A DNA stretch of 41,778 bases, taken from a virus. The notes beneath the pieces were generated by a model that was given only the letters and a program-made list of their open reading frames with translations, did no database searches and was not told the origin of the DNA. Below are positions 17,330 through 26,191 of the stretch, one piece after another (the stretch's first letter is position 1; each line of letters begins with the position of its first letter). The position numbers were made by a program, and so were the translations under genes. Location: the UHGV virus genome UHGV-0176688; one strand, given 5' to 3'.

Positions 17330-17932
17330 TTAACCCAGTCTGTCGTCGCTGCATGAATGCCCTTCCAGCCAGGCCAGTGCTTGTCGCATGAAATACGCAA
17401 TATGCTTGCCGTGGTAATCGTCTTCATCGATGTGAAAAGCGATACTGCGGATGTATTCAATTGCGTTTTCAATGGCCTCCGGCGTTATCGGCGTTGACAT
17501 ATTTTGATATTGGAGTGCCAAGACGCGGCTGGCATCCTCAACACCTTTAACTGCATCTGCGCAGTAGTTATAGCGATTGCATTCCACTAACTTTTGCTTT
17601 AGGTTTTCAATTGCTTGCGCGATATCAGCCTGTATTACCGGCGCTGGCGGTGCGGTATAAAACTTCGTCCCCAACGGCAACAACTTCATCGCTTTTTCTC
17701 CCTTAATGATGCGATAAGTTGATTTCCCGCCAAGGTCTACCGTTCCATCCATAACAAGGCCATATCGCTTCTCTGAAACTTCACCAATAGGCTCTGCTTC
17801 CAGCGATGCCTGTGCGATACGAAACACATTGGCAAGCAGGCTGTCTGTAGATTGGTTATCGTGCGCCGGGTCGCTCAGGAAACCAGTGATGAATGATTTA
17901 ATTTCCGCGTTTTCTCTGGTAATAGTGGTCAT
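17330..17932 (-). CDS. Hypothetical protein
   Basis: 200-aa ORF overlapping upstream stop (ATGA). Confidence 0.55.
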   Translation of the reverse strand: MTTITRENAEIKSFITGFLSDPAHDNQSTDSLLANVFRIAQASLEAEPIGEVSEKRYGLVMDGTVDLGGKSTYRIIKGEKAMKLLPLGTKFYTAPPAPVIQADIAQAIENLKQKLVECNRYNYCADAVKGVEDASRVLALQYQNMSTPITPEAIENAIEYIRSIAFHIDEDDYHGKHIAYFMRQALAWLEGHSCSDDRLG

Positions 17933-18138
17933 TTGTTAATCCTTAAAACTTTATGCCCTGGCGCAAAAGCACGTGTTTTGTCTTTGCTTATTCGCCACCC
18001 GTCTTTACGGGCCTCTTTTGCACAACCAGACCATGACGTACCGATATACTCACCGAAGTCTGGCACTGGATATACACCTTCCGTACACTGGCGGCAGTCA
18101 CAATAGAGATGCATGGTGTAACTTGCGGCAATAGCCAT
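17929..18138 (-). CDS. Small Cys-rich protein
   Basis: ATG 18138 with RBS AAGGAG 7 nt upstream; MAIAASYTMHLYCDCRQCTEG... Confidence 0.5.
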   Translation of the reverse strand: MAIAASYTMHLYCDCRQCTEGVYPVPDFGEYIGTSWSGCAKEARKDGWRISKDKTRAFAPGHKVLRINK

Positions 18139-18139
18139 A

Positions 18140-18328
18140 TCACTCTCCTTTAGTGCGCAAATGGTTTCTCCAGCGGTTTTGCGCCGCGCTGGGCTTTTTG
18201 CAAAAACCACAATCCATCATCCCGTAATATTTCATCAACCCCATCCGTCGGTTGCTGAGTCTCACCCACTGCCAGACGCCAGGAGCGTTTCTACGAACTA
18301 ACAGAATCTTTGCTTTACGGTTTTTCAT
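18140..18328 (-). CDS. Small basic protein, MKNRKAK family copy 1
   Basis: 62 aa; start overlaps stop of copy 2 (ATGA). Confidence 0.45.
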   Translation of the reverse strand: MKNRKAKILLVRRNAPGVWQWVRLSNRRMGLMKYYGMMDCGFCKKPSAAQNRWRNHLRTKGE

Positions 18329-18501
18329 CTTACTGCGTACCCTTTCTTCCGCCTGTTCTGTGACGCAGTAGGCTTACGCTTTGCGGCAAAAGCCACCTGA
18401 CCAAATGGATGGAGTACCGCTATCTTATGGTTGCTAATAACCAGCTCCACCACACGCACAGGTCGCTGTAAAAAAAGTCGTTTTGCCTTACGGTTTTTCA
18501 T
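18325..18501 (-). CDS. Small basic protein, MKNRKAK family copy 2
   Basis: 58 aa MKNRKAKRLFLQRPVRVVELVISNHKIAVLHPFGQVAFAAKRKPTASQNRRKKGYAVR; RBS GGAGAG; below track cutoff. Confidence 0.4.
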   Translation of the reverse strand: MKNRKAKRLFLQRPVRVVELVISNHKIAVLHPFGQVAFAAKRKPTASQNRRKKGYAVR

Positions 18502-18593
18502 CGCTTTGCTCTCCTGCGTCTCTTTGCTGCTCGTCGTGCCGCTGCAATACCGGTATGGCGGCGCTTTGGTGCCGGGATGATGTTGTCAGCCAT
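18498..18593 (-). CDS. Tiny arginine-rich peptide (31 aa), speculative
   Basis: MADNIIPAPKRRHTGIAAARRAAKRRRRAKR; stop overlaps next ATG; weak RBS. Confidence 0.2.
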   Translation of the reverse strand: MADNIIPAPKRRHTGIAAARRAAKRRRRAKR

Positions 18594-18673
18594 CAGGACA
18601 TGTGGCTTTGCAATTAGCGCAGAAGCCCAAAAACGAGTCGGGTACGGTAACAAGCCGATACATGCCACACGCA

Positions 18674-19153
18674 TTACTCACCTTCTTTGATGCGAATGCC
18701 AGCGGCGCGTGGCACATTAACTTCCACGATGCGCACAGTTGGTTTGTACATCTCAATCGCTGTCAGCCAGTCAGCGCCGGTCATATGCTTTTCTGCATCG
18801 CCATTAGTCCATTGAACCGGCACGCCAATAGCTTTCATCGCAATTTCTATTTCCCCGGCAATGGCGCTTTTCCCGCAACCAGTAAAACCAGAGACAACGA
18901 CAAGAACTTCGCCTTTGGCTGGTTTTATTTCCCGCGCCTCCACCTCTGCAATTCGGCACATAGCATCGATATTTGTGTCTTCCAGGCGTTTAACTTCATC
19001 CAATAATGCCAACGCGATATCTGGCGAAAAGTGCTTCATAAAATCGTTAAGCGCATTAATTCGCTGATCGAAAGGCATTACAGGCGCTTCACCAGCAATT
19101 TTTGTTTTTTCAGCAATTTCACGAAGCTTTTGATAGTCAATTTTGTTTGTCAT
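18674..19153 (-). CDS. Hypothetical protein with Walker-A-like motif
   Basis: GFTGCGKS fits GxxxxGKS; 159 aa. Confidence 0.45.
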   Translation of the reverse strand: MTNKIDYQKLREIAEKTKIAGEAPVMPFDQRINALNDFMKHFSPDIALALLDEVKRLEDTNIDAMCRIAEVEAREIKPAKGEVLVVVSGFTGCGKSAIAGEIEIAMKAIGVPVQWTNGDAEKHMTGADWLTAIEMYKPTVRIVEVNVPRAAGIRIKEGE

Positions 19154-20028
19154 GCCACTACCTCTTCGAATTTCAACTCCAATTGGTCACCCCAGATTTC
19201 ACATGATTCGGAACACGAACCAGTATCAAACCGCTTGGCCTGCACCATCGCCTGATACAAATTTCTGTAGTCGCTGTCGGCATACATTCTGGCAATCCCG
19301 TCAAGCGTCAGGTGACCACGGTACATAACGTCTTTACCTGTTCTGCGATGACCATCCCTGACGTGTTTGCCTGTAACCAGCTCATTAAAAATTCGCATCA
19401 GACCAGGTTCGTCTTTACATGCAAGCCCCAGCTTTTGCGTTGACTTTTTGATGCAAAAAACACAGTTCCCGAGGTGCTCCGGGATTTGCAAATCAAAAGG
19501 TTGTTTTCGCCACCACCGGATAACATCCGACTTATCAAAATCTGACAGCTCGGCAAGATACCGGACGCCCGGTTTCGGTTTCAGCCTACGGGGTTCGTCC
19601 GCACGAATACCCAGCCATGTGATGTAATTCCCTCGCCCAAAATGGTCATCGCAATATTTCGTGAAAGGGGTGAGTTTTAGCCTGTCAGTACAGAACGCGC
19701 CGCCGATGTATGGCGTACCGTACTTTTTAACCATGTCCATAAACGGTTTAAGCACCGGCATTCGCGTCTGAATATCCTTTGGTTCCCATTCCGTATAACC
19801 ATTTGGCTGCCCAAGTTCTGGATTTATATCGACCTGCAACACCGTTAGCGGTACATTCCAGAACTTCACAACCTCACGAATAAAGCGATACGTCAGAGGA
19901 TGTTCACAGCCGGTATCCATAAAAATGAAATGGACGCTAGCGCCAGCTTTTCGCTGTGCTTCCATCAGATGAACGAGATAAGCCGATGTTCGTCCACCTG
20001 AAAAGCTGACGACTTGATGCATACTCAC
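19150..20028 (-). CDS. PAPS reductase-like PP-loop protein (CysH/DndC superfamily)
   Basis: PP-loop VVSFSGGRTS and FMDTGCEHPLTYRF motif. Confidence 0.75.
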   Translation of the reverse strand: MSMHQVVSFSGGRTSAYLVHLMEAQRKAGASVHFIFMDTGCEHPLTYRFIREVVKFWNVPLTVLQVDINPELGQPNGYTEWEPKDIQTRMPVLKPFMDMVKKYGTPYIGGAFCTDRLKLTPFTKYCDDHFGRGNYITWLGIRADEPRRLKPKPGVRYLAELSDFDKSDVIRWWRKQPFDLQIPEHLGNCVFCIKKSTQKLGLACKDEPGLMRIFNELVTGKHVRDGHRRTGKDVMYRGHLTLDGIARMYADSDYRNLYQAMVQAKRFDTGSCSESCEIWGDQLELKFEEVVA

Positions 20029-20031
20029 GGT

Positions 20032-20724
20032 TTATTCCTGAACGCGCTTAAACTCGATTACCCATACCCACGGGTTAGATAGCCAGTTCTCCTGCCCGTA
20101 AAGACTGCGCCAGATATCACCAAAACCAACGCGATAAACAGCTTCCGGCGGCGTAATTTTGTACATCGCCGGAGATGCGCCTTCTGCTTTAGCATCTGCC
20201 TCGCTCATATCACGCAGCCGTTCCACACGCACGTCGGTAATTTCCAGCAAAATGCGCGATGCCCAGCGCGGCATGTGAATTGATGGACGCCACCCGCCAT
20301 CAAATTTTTCATTCACAGTGTGAGGTTTCCAGTCGGCATCATCGGGTATCGACCACAAGCCGTAATCACCCGGCTTTTGCTCACAACTGGCCCGATAAAT
20401 CCTTGCTGCGTTCTTCTCATCGCCACGACAAAGGTTGTCGTTCCAGTCCACACTGCAACCATCCTCATTGCCTAATATCGCCCACGCCTCACGGACCCAT
20501 ATGCGATCACCAACGTTACCGAACGGGCATAAACCATGTTCAGGTGCATCCATAACGTGGGTATAGACACCATTGCGTTTCTTTGTCGGTTTACGGATAA
20601 CCAGGCAGTTATCGGCCCTGACATTTTTTACAGGTCGGCGAGTCTGCGTCTTCCTTCCTTCGAGGATGGCCCTGACCATCTCATCGTTAAAAATCATCCC
20701 GCGTTCTTTCATTTTTTGATCCAC
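20032..20724 (-). CDS. ASCH/PUA-like domain protein
   Basis: MIFNDEMVRAILEGRKTQTRRP...RILLEITDVRVERL; start may be the internal Met at 20697. Confidence 0.45.
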   Translation of the reverse strand: MDQKMKERGMIFNDEMVRAILEGRKTQTRRPVKNVRADNCLVIRKPTKKRNGVYTHVMDAPEHGLCPFGNVGDRIWVREAWAILGNEDGCSVDWNDNLCRGDEKNAARIYRASCEQKPGDYGLWSIPDDADWKPHTVNEKFDGGWRPSIHMPRWASRILLEITDVRVERLRDMSEADAKAEGASPAMYKITPPEAVYRVGFGDIWRSLYGQENWLSNPWVWVIEFKRVQE

Positions 20725-20728
20725 CTCA

Positions 20729-21724
20729 TCAGTTATTGAACGTGATCACTCCGCGCTCGATGGCGAAGTCGAAAAGCTGGTTAGCTGCTACGTAAAGGCG
20801 TATGCCATGTGCTTTTTCCCATGCCCGGACATCGTTTTCTGCGCTTCTGGCGCAGTCATCGCAAAGAGGAACAGCCCAGCGGTCGTGTTCGTTTAACGAG
20901 CGGGCGCGGTACATGAATGGGTGATTAACCTTGCCGCCGCAGCCTACACACGGGCGAGACACCACAAACCGGAGATAAGCCGGGCTTTTTCCGAGTAAGG
21001 TTTTTGGACGGCGCATATATAGGAGGCCAGAATCTTCATCGACGGACAGATTGACGATCTGCTCTGCGGAAATATCCACCAGCTCGCGGGTACTATGCTC
21101 CCAGGTAATATCCGACTCTTTCAGAGTGCCGGTAGGGATTTCAGTTTTTGGCTGACAAAATGCAATGCGACCAGCTTCATCAGGCAGTTCGTCTTTAAGA
21201 TTCCGGCGAATGGCCCAAAAGGTGAGTTCAACCATGCTCAGATCGCGATCTGGCGGAAGTTTTAACTCGCTGGCAGCCCAGTTCATAATCCAGTTGGCGC
21301 GATTCCGTGACAGTTGGTCTTCCAGCTTGCCGTATCCCTTCATCATGTATTCCGCATCATGCTTCCAGCACAGGCGAACGGCAGAACCGTTATAGAAATG
21401 GGTGGTTAGCTGGTGGCTGCAATCGCGCTTATCATGCGCCTGGCAATCGTGAATGTTGGTGCTAACCCAGTGAACGAGAGAATCCTCACCACCTAACGCG
21501 TTAAATACACGCTCACTTTGAAAAAAGGGGGCCAGTGACTGGTTGGCAACCAGTGAATAATTCAGGTCAACGACACCATCAGGGGTGTTTTCAGCCTGTT
21601 CACGCGGCAATGGGGATATAAGAAAACGGCGTCCTGCGCCGATGTAATTGCTGGTGGGCTTATCTACAGGAAAGACAGCCACACCAGTTTCATTTACGAC
21701 ATATGGGGTGATTATTGCACTCAT
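20729..21724 (-). CDS. Hypothetical protein with C-terminal HNH-like zinc-ribbon motif
   Basis: CVGCGGKVNHPFMYRARSLNEHDRWAVPLCDDC (CxxC...H-N-H...CxxC). Confidence 0.45.
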   Translation of the reverse strand: MSAIITPYVVNETGVAVFPVDKPTSNYIGAGRRFLISPLPREQAENTPDGVVDLNYSLVANQSLAPFFQSERVFNALGGEDSLVHWVSTNIHDCQAHDKRDCSHQLTTHFYNGSAVRLCWKHDAEYMMKGYGKLEDQLSRNRANWIMNWAASELKLPPDRDLSMVELTFWAIRRNLKDELPDEAGRIAFCQPKTEIPTGTLKESDITWEHSTRELVDISAEQIVNLSVDEDSGLLYMRRPKTLLGKSPAYLRFVVSRPCVGCGGKVNHPFMYRARSLNEHDRWAVPLCDDCARSAENDVRAWEKAHGIRLYVAANQLFDFAIERGVITFNN

Positions 21725-21761
21725 AATGCATACCGACTCTGTTTTGTTCCGAGCGGTAAAA

Positions 21762-21799
21762 TAATATGTTAGAAAACTAAAATCAATGTTCTAACGTAA
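21762..21799. promoter_or_regulatory. Pair of operator-like motifs upstream of the leftward operon
   Basis: atATGTTAGAAAAc (21764-21777) and aaTGTTCTAACGtaa (21785-21799). Confidence 0.45.
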
Positions 21800-21822
21800 T
21801 TTTGAGTGCGTAAATGATTTGA

Positions 21823-22545
21823 TCAGACTTTAAGCTTCCCTCCCTTCACCTGCATTAGCGTCAGATTTCCGCAAAAAACCGCGCCCGTGTCTATGTAGTG
21901 CTGATTCCAGTATGCTTTTGGTCTTCGTACCGGTGTGTGCCCAAAGATAAAGCGATCTGCGCCTGTGATTTCTCCACCAATGCCATCTATCGAATCACCG
22001 ACGCGACTGCGCGACCAGACAACATCAAAAAGCGACACATCCTTACCGAACTGGTACTCTCCACCTGGATAGTCGGCATGGGCTATAACGATAGTTTCAT
22101 GCCCAGTGTTCAACTCAATGATATATGGCAGACGCTTTACCAGCTCCACCAGCGCCTTGGCTAATATTTCCTGATCAGTGCCCAGCATGAAGAACCATTG
22201 TCCGCCATTCATTAGCCAGTTATTCACGTTGCCATCAGGACTTAACGCATCAAGCATCAACCGCTCATGGTTCCCCATTACTGCCCTGAACCAGGGCATC
22301 TGCAATAGTTCCAGACATTCGACATTTTCAGTACCGCGATCGATAAGGTCGCCAACCGATATCAGTAAATCCTGCGCCGGGTCAAAATCCACACGATGGA
22401 GTTCGGACATCAGTCTGGTGTAGCAACCATGCAGATCACCAACAACCCATATGTTTCTGTAGCCAGAACCATCAATACGGCTATATAAATTCACTTCATG
22501 CATAGTCTGGATCATGCGGCAACCTTCTCCCGCAGCCAGATACAA
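21823..22545 (-). CDS. Ser/Thr protein phosphatase (lambda PPase / PP1-like metallophosphoesterase)
   Basis: GDLHG, GDLIDRG, GNHE motifs; likely start near MIQTMHEV. Confidence 0.85.
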   Translation of the reverse strand: MYLAAGEGCRMIQTMHEVNLYSRIDGSGYRNIWVVGDLHGCYTRLMSELHRVDFDPAQDLLISVGDLIDRGTENVECLELLQMPWFRAVMGNHERLMLDALSPDGNVNNWLMNGGQWFFMLGTDQEILAKALVELVKRLPYIIELNTGHETIVIAHADYPGGEYQFGKDVSLFDVVWSRSRVGDSIDGIGGEITGADRFIFGHTPVRRPKAYWNQHYIDTGAVFCGNLTLMQVKGGKLKV

Positions 22546-22823
22546 ACTGGACCATCTTCAGTGTCATGAATAGAGCCAACAAACCAGCCTTCACCCTCTG
22601 GTCGCTCCGGTTCCCAGGCGGCAATATCGGGACCAGCTGCGTCCAGATCAAAATCATCTTCATCCATACTGCGAATAGTCCACTGAAGATTATTTTCCTT
22701 CATCCAGGCGTCAAATTCCTCAGTGGAAATATATTCACGACCTGCGCAAAACTTCTCATACTCCGGATGTGTCCAGCAGCCATATTCATCACGTTCTACC
22801 GGCATTTCTTTAATGATGCTCAC
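22512..22823 (-). CDS. Hypothetical acidic protein (GTG start)
   Basis: 103-aa ORF; GTG start overlaps stop of upstream small ORF. Confidence 0.5.
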   Translation of the reverse strand: MSIIKEMPVERDEYGCWTHPEYEKFCAGREYISTEEFDAWMKENNLQWTIRSMDEDDFDLDAAGPDIAAWEPERPEGEGWFVGSIHDTEDGPVCIWLREKVAA

Positions 22824-23044
22824 TCTTCATCCTCCAAGTCGGCAACGGCCTCCATCACATCAGAACCGCGAATAACCTCAAAAGCACGGCAGGCCATTTC
22901 AAACACCTGTTGTTCTTGCGGATGCGGTTACTCCCAATACTTAAAACCAGGTCGATGCTCGTAACCCATCATGGAATAAAAATCGCCAGCAAGTTCAATC
23001 GCGGCATCAACAAGTTCGCGATTTGTCATCGTCTGTTCTGTCAT
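22820..23044 (-). pseudogene. 75-codon ORF interrupted by a single in-frame TAA
   Basis: MTEQTMTNRELVDAAIELAGDFYSMMGYEHRPGFKYWE-TAA(22930..22928)[35 protein letters not shown]; frame continues to a TGA coupled to the next gene. Confidence 0.35.
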
Positions 23045-23315
23045 TTGGTTTCTCCTGTCTGAACATCACTATCATCAGGTCGCCTTTTATCGCTATTCTG
23101 GCTGTTGTGCCTGGTTCAATGCGGCTAAGTTCAAATGCGTCATAGAACGCTTCTAATGCCTTCTGGCGTAGTTCCTGTTTGCGCCGTTTTTTCCACTCTT
23201 TTAGGAAAATGGAACCCAGCCATCGCCAGGTACGGGACATGATGTAAAGCCAACCGAGAAGTGCCAGACCGGTATTTAGGGCCGTATCGATCGTTATCGT
23301 GGTGTCGATATTCAC
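23007..23315 (-). CDS. Hypothetical membrane-associated protein
   Basis: Hydrophobic N-terminal segment LALLGWLYIM; 102 aa. Confidence 0.45.
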   Translation of the reverse strand: MNIDTTITIDTALNTGLALLGWLYIMSRTWRWLGSIFLKEWKKRRKQELRQKALEAFYDAFELSRIEPGTTARIAIKGDLMIVMFRQEKPNDRTDDDKSRTC

Positions 23316-23560
23316 TGTGGTGGCTCCTGCTTTTCTGCCTTTAATACCATGCGAGAACCATCATCCAGCTCCCAATTAATTTCACCGCCTTCAGCCATGA
23401 CTAGATGCCAAACGAGTTGTGCGGCCTCGTTGGTTACATCACGACCGCGATCATTGCCGACACGACGTTTTGTTCCATCCCCTAAGTCACGCATTTTTGC
23501 CAACACGATGGTTTTTGATAGCGGTGAAAAACCAAGCTGTAGTCGTGCGGTATTACTCAC
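23312..23560 (-). CDS. Hypothetical protein
   Basis: 82-aa ORF coupled to neighbours by 4-nt overlaps. Confidence 0.45.
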   Translation of the reverse strand: MSNTARLQLGFSPLSKTIVLAKMRDLGDGTKRRVGNDRGRDVTNEAAQLVWHLVMAEGGEINWELDDGSRMVLKAEKQEPPQ

Positions 23561-24198
23561 TGTTTGCCTCCTTTTCGAAGCTGGGCAGCGAACCTATCAG
23601 CTGCATCCGCGCAAGCAGAAGCAACGGAATCAAAAAATGGATCATCTCCGGTATCGCGCATCGTCAAAGCGAATGCCTCCACCCCTTGTGCCTGTATTTC
23701 TACAAGGTATGCCTTAGATGTAGTGCTTTTCGCCTCGCCTAATTCGTTATGAGCGATGTTCGCTATACATGCGATGTCTATATCTGGATGATTAATTGGG
23801 CAATGGCTAAGAATTGCCTCAAGTGCTGCTTTTTTGCTTTGGCATTCCGCCACCATCGCCCCGCAATTGCTTTCATATTCGGCAATACGCTGTTTAGCAG
23901 CCTCCAGCTCAACACGCAGCTTCTCAAGCGTTAGAGCCATCTCCATGTTCTCGTCCAGCAGTTCAATCACATCAGGATCGCTATCATCAACTACTGTTAT
24001 GCGCGATTTTTTGTAATGCTCGTCAGCATAAGTTCGTCCAGTTTTGAAGCATCCGTCGTCCTCCATGCCGGAACAGGCATAAACAACATGTGATCCAGAT
24101 ATGCGCTGCATTGACATTTCCTCGCCACAAACAGAGCATTTAGGCGCTGGTTTCGGTGAAAAACGTTCACGTAACGTATGATAGTAAAGCTCGCTCAC
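23557..24198 (-). CDS. Ea22-like family protein, paralog 1 (zinc-ribbon N-terminus, coiled coil, conserved C-terminus)
   Basis: C-terminus ...DSVASACADAADRFAAQLRKGGKQ shared with two downstream paralogs. Confidence 0.5.
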   Translation of the reverse strand: MSELYYHTLRERFSPKPAPKCSVCGEEMSMQRISGSHVVYACSGMEDDGCFKTGRTYADEHYKKSRITVVDDSDPDVIELLDENMEMALTLEKLRVELEAAKQRIAEYESNCGAMVAECQSKKAALEAILSHCPINHPDIDIACIANIAHNELGEAKSTTSKAYLVEIQAQGVEAFALTMRDTGDDPFFDSVASACADAADRFAAQLRKGGKQ

Positions 24199-24980
24199 TG
24201 GCTGCCTCCTTTGCGAAGCTGTTCAGCGATATCTTCGAGAACGCCATCAGAGAATGAGCGGTCAAAATCGCCTTCCCGCGCATTAGCCATAAACTCAGTA
24301 GAGGTAAGAATCATCCGGGCAATATCCGCGGCGTTCTTCGCAGTATCATCAATAAAACCAGCTTCCCAAGCAGCCAGCATTCTGTTCGCCACAAAGTAAG
24401 CGCCCTCCTTGCGTGCTTCAGTCTTCACTTCATCCAGGAAAGTGTCGGTCGCAGGAGTGGTTTTTTGTGGTGATAGGGCGATACGAATTGTTTCAAGAGC
24501 TGGATCTATTTCCACTGTTGGCACTTTGATAAAACCAAGCTGCACGCCATTCATAATGAACGTGCGGCGATCCTCACATATCGCCTTCAGTCTCGCATTC
24601 TCCGCAGCCAGCGCCGCGCGATTACCCTCCAGCTCTGCAATGCGCTGTTTTGCGGTATCAAGTTCAATCGATAATTTTTCCAACTGCTCTTTATGCTTCT
24701 TATATTCCTGATATGCGTGCCAGGACTGACCTTTGCGCACACTATCAGTAATATCAGTAATCTGTTCTGGTGTTAGCGTAGTCAGTGGCTGTGCTGGGAA
24801 AATCAGCACTTTCCCGGAATCCCAATCAAAACCAGCGTGAATTGACTGAACCTCAACTGAGGGTGTTGAACCAATGCTGCCAGGCGAATGAACAACGATC
24901 GTTACATCCATATCGCGACGATGGCTGTGGTTGTTGGACAAAATACGATTCACCAACTCAGAAAATTTGGAGAATTTCAT
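24195..24980 (-). CDS. Ea22-like family protein, paralog 2
   Basis: ATG 24980 with RBS GAGG; C-terminus ...DGVLEDIAEQLRKGGSQ; coiled coil. Confidence 0.5.
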   Translation of the reverse strand: MKFSKFSELVNRILSNNHSHRRDMDVTIVVHSPGSIGSTPSVEVQSIHAGFDWDSGKVLIFPAQPLTTLTPEQITDITDSVRKGQSWHAYQEYKKHKEQLEKLSIELDTAKQRIAELEGNRAALAAENARLKAICEDRRTFIMNGVQLGFIKVPTVEIDPALETIRIALSPQKTTPATDTFLDEVKTEARKEGAYFVANRMLAAWEAGFIDDTAKNAADIARMILTSTEFMANAREGDFDRSFSDGVLEDIAEQLRKGGSQ

Positions 24981-24988
24981 GCGGAGCC

Positions 24989-25399
24989 TCAATATGCAAA
25001 ATAGACCGTTGCCACGCCGTTATAGTGATCAAACGATACGGCGTTTACTTCATAGCTGGCAGGGAGCTTCGAGCCGAGAACATATCCGGGCCACGTTTTC
25101 CATGGAATTTCTCTACTCTCACTATCCCCATATACCGTACATCCAAGTGAACCTACAGCCTCGTCAGAACGTTTGCCGCATGTTATGAAACCTATATTTT
25201 TCTTGCTGGCCTTAATGGCGATTGGGTGAACACTGGCTGATGCATTGGCAGCACGCTGTGACTGTTGGTTTGCGATATTCGCAGAGTTCGCAGCAGCTAC
25301 AGCAGCCGTGGTCGCGGCGGTAGATGCCACAATAACTGCTGAAGCCTGCGCCTGTTGGGTAATGGTCAGCAATGCCGCCACAAAAATCATCCTCTTCAC
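24989..25399 (-). CDS. Secreted protein with signal peptide, embedded in Ea22-like operon
   Basis: MKRMIFVAALLTITQQAQA signal-like N-terminus; start overlaps upstream stop. Confidence 0.55.
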   Translation of the reverse strand: MKRMIFVAALLTITQQAQASAVIVASTAATTAAVAAANSANIANQQSQRAANASASVHPIAIKASKKNIGFITCGKRSDEAVGSLGCTVYGDSESREIPWKTWPGYVLGSKLPASYEVNAVSFDHYNGVATVYFAY

Positions 25400-25884
25400 T
25401 TGTCAGCTCCTTTGCGAATCTGTTCCGCCCATTCTTCAAGGGATTTCTCCGCATATTCACCGGACAGGCCATCAATCGGGTGCGGTTCATTAGCCAACTC
25501 TTCTTTCGCTGACAGAATCATGCGCGTAACGTCGAAAACTTCACGTAAAGACTTATTGATAAATCCGTGGTTGAAAGCAGCAGCAAGACGGCTTGCGGTA
25601 TAGTTAATCCCCTCGTTGCGAGCCGCCGCACGAATTTCAGCCAGAAAAGCATCGGTGGCTGGAGTTTCGCTGTGGTGCAGGGCATCGTTGATAATCATTG
25701 CAGCAACTCCGGCCTGACCTGCATCCGTGACCGACACATGCTCAAGAGTTACAGCCATTGCATGTTTCAGCCCAGCATTCTCCGCCGCCAGTGCAGCACA
25801 CGCTTTCTCAAGTCGGGAAATTTCCGTTACATACTCAGCGTTACGCTCTGCCAGTTGTGCGGGCGTTAAACCTTCAGACTTCAT
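25396..25884 (-). CDS. Ea22-like family protein, paralog 3
   Basis: C-terminus ...EEWAEQIRKGADK and coiled coil. Confidence 0.5.
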   Translation of the reverse strand: MKSEGLTPAQLAERNAEYVTEISRLEKACAALAAENAGLKHAMAVTLEHVSVTDAGQAGVAAMIINDALHHSETPATDAFLAEIRAAARNEGINYTASRLAAAFNHGFINKSLREVFDVTRMILSAKEELANEPHPIDGLSGEYAEKSLEEWAEQIRKGADK

Positions 25885-26191
25885 ACACTCTCCTTTCGAA
25901 ATAAACGTACTGATTAATCATGCCCAGGGGCATTTCGAGTTTTTCCGCGATCTCACGGCGGGGAACACCACACTGATGAAGCTGCCGTGCCAGTTCTATA
26001 TCGCTCTGCCGGTATTTGGCTGACGGATGAAAGTCTCCTTTCAGAATCATGCTGATCCCCAACTCCCGCGCTTTAGTCCTGACGGCATCACCGGTACGAC
26101 CGATCAGCTTCCCAATACTCTCGACCGTCATAGTTCCGGCGCACTGGCGGAGTATCATGATTTCTGCCCTTCCCCATCCCCGCCAGCTCAC
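25874..26191 (-). CDS. Small HTH DNA-binding protein
   Basis: TVESIGKLIGRTGDAVRTKARELG helix-turn-helix-like segment. Confidence 0.45.
   Translation of the reverse strand: MSWRGWGRAEIMILRQCAGTMTVESIGKLIGRTGDAVRTKARELGISMILKGDFHPSAKYRQSDIELARQLHQCGVPRREIAEKLEMPLGMINQYVYFERRVYEV

Noticed and set aside
22566-22964. 132-aa plus-strand track ORF
   Set aside because: Antisense to the coupled minus-strand genes of the leftward operon.
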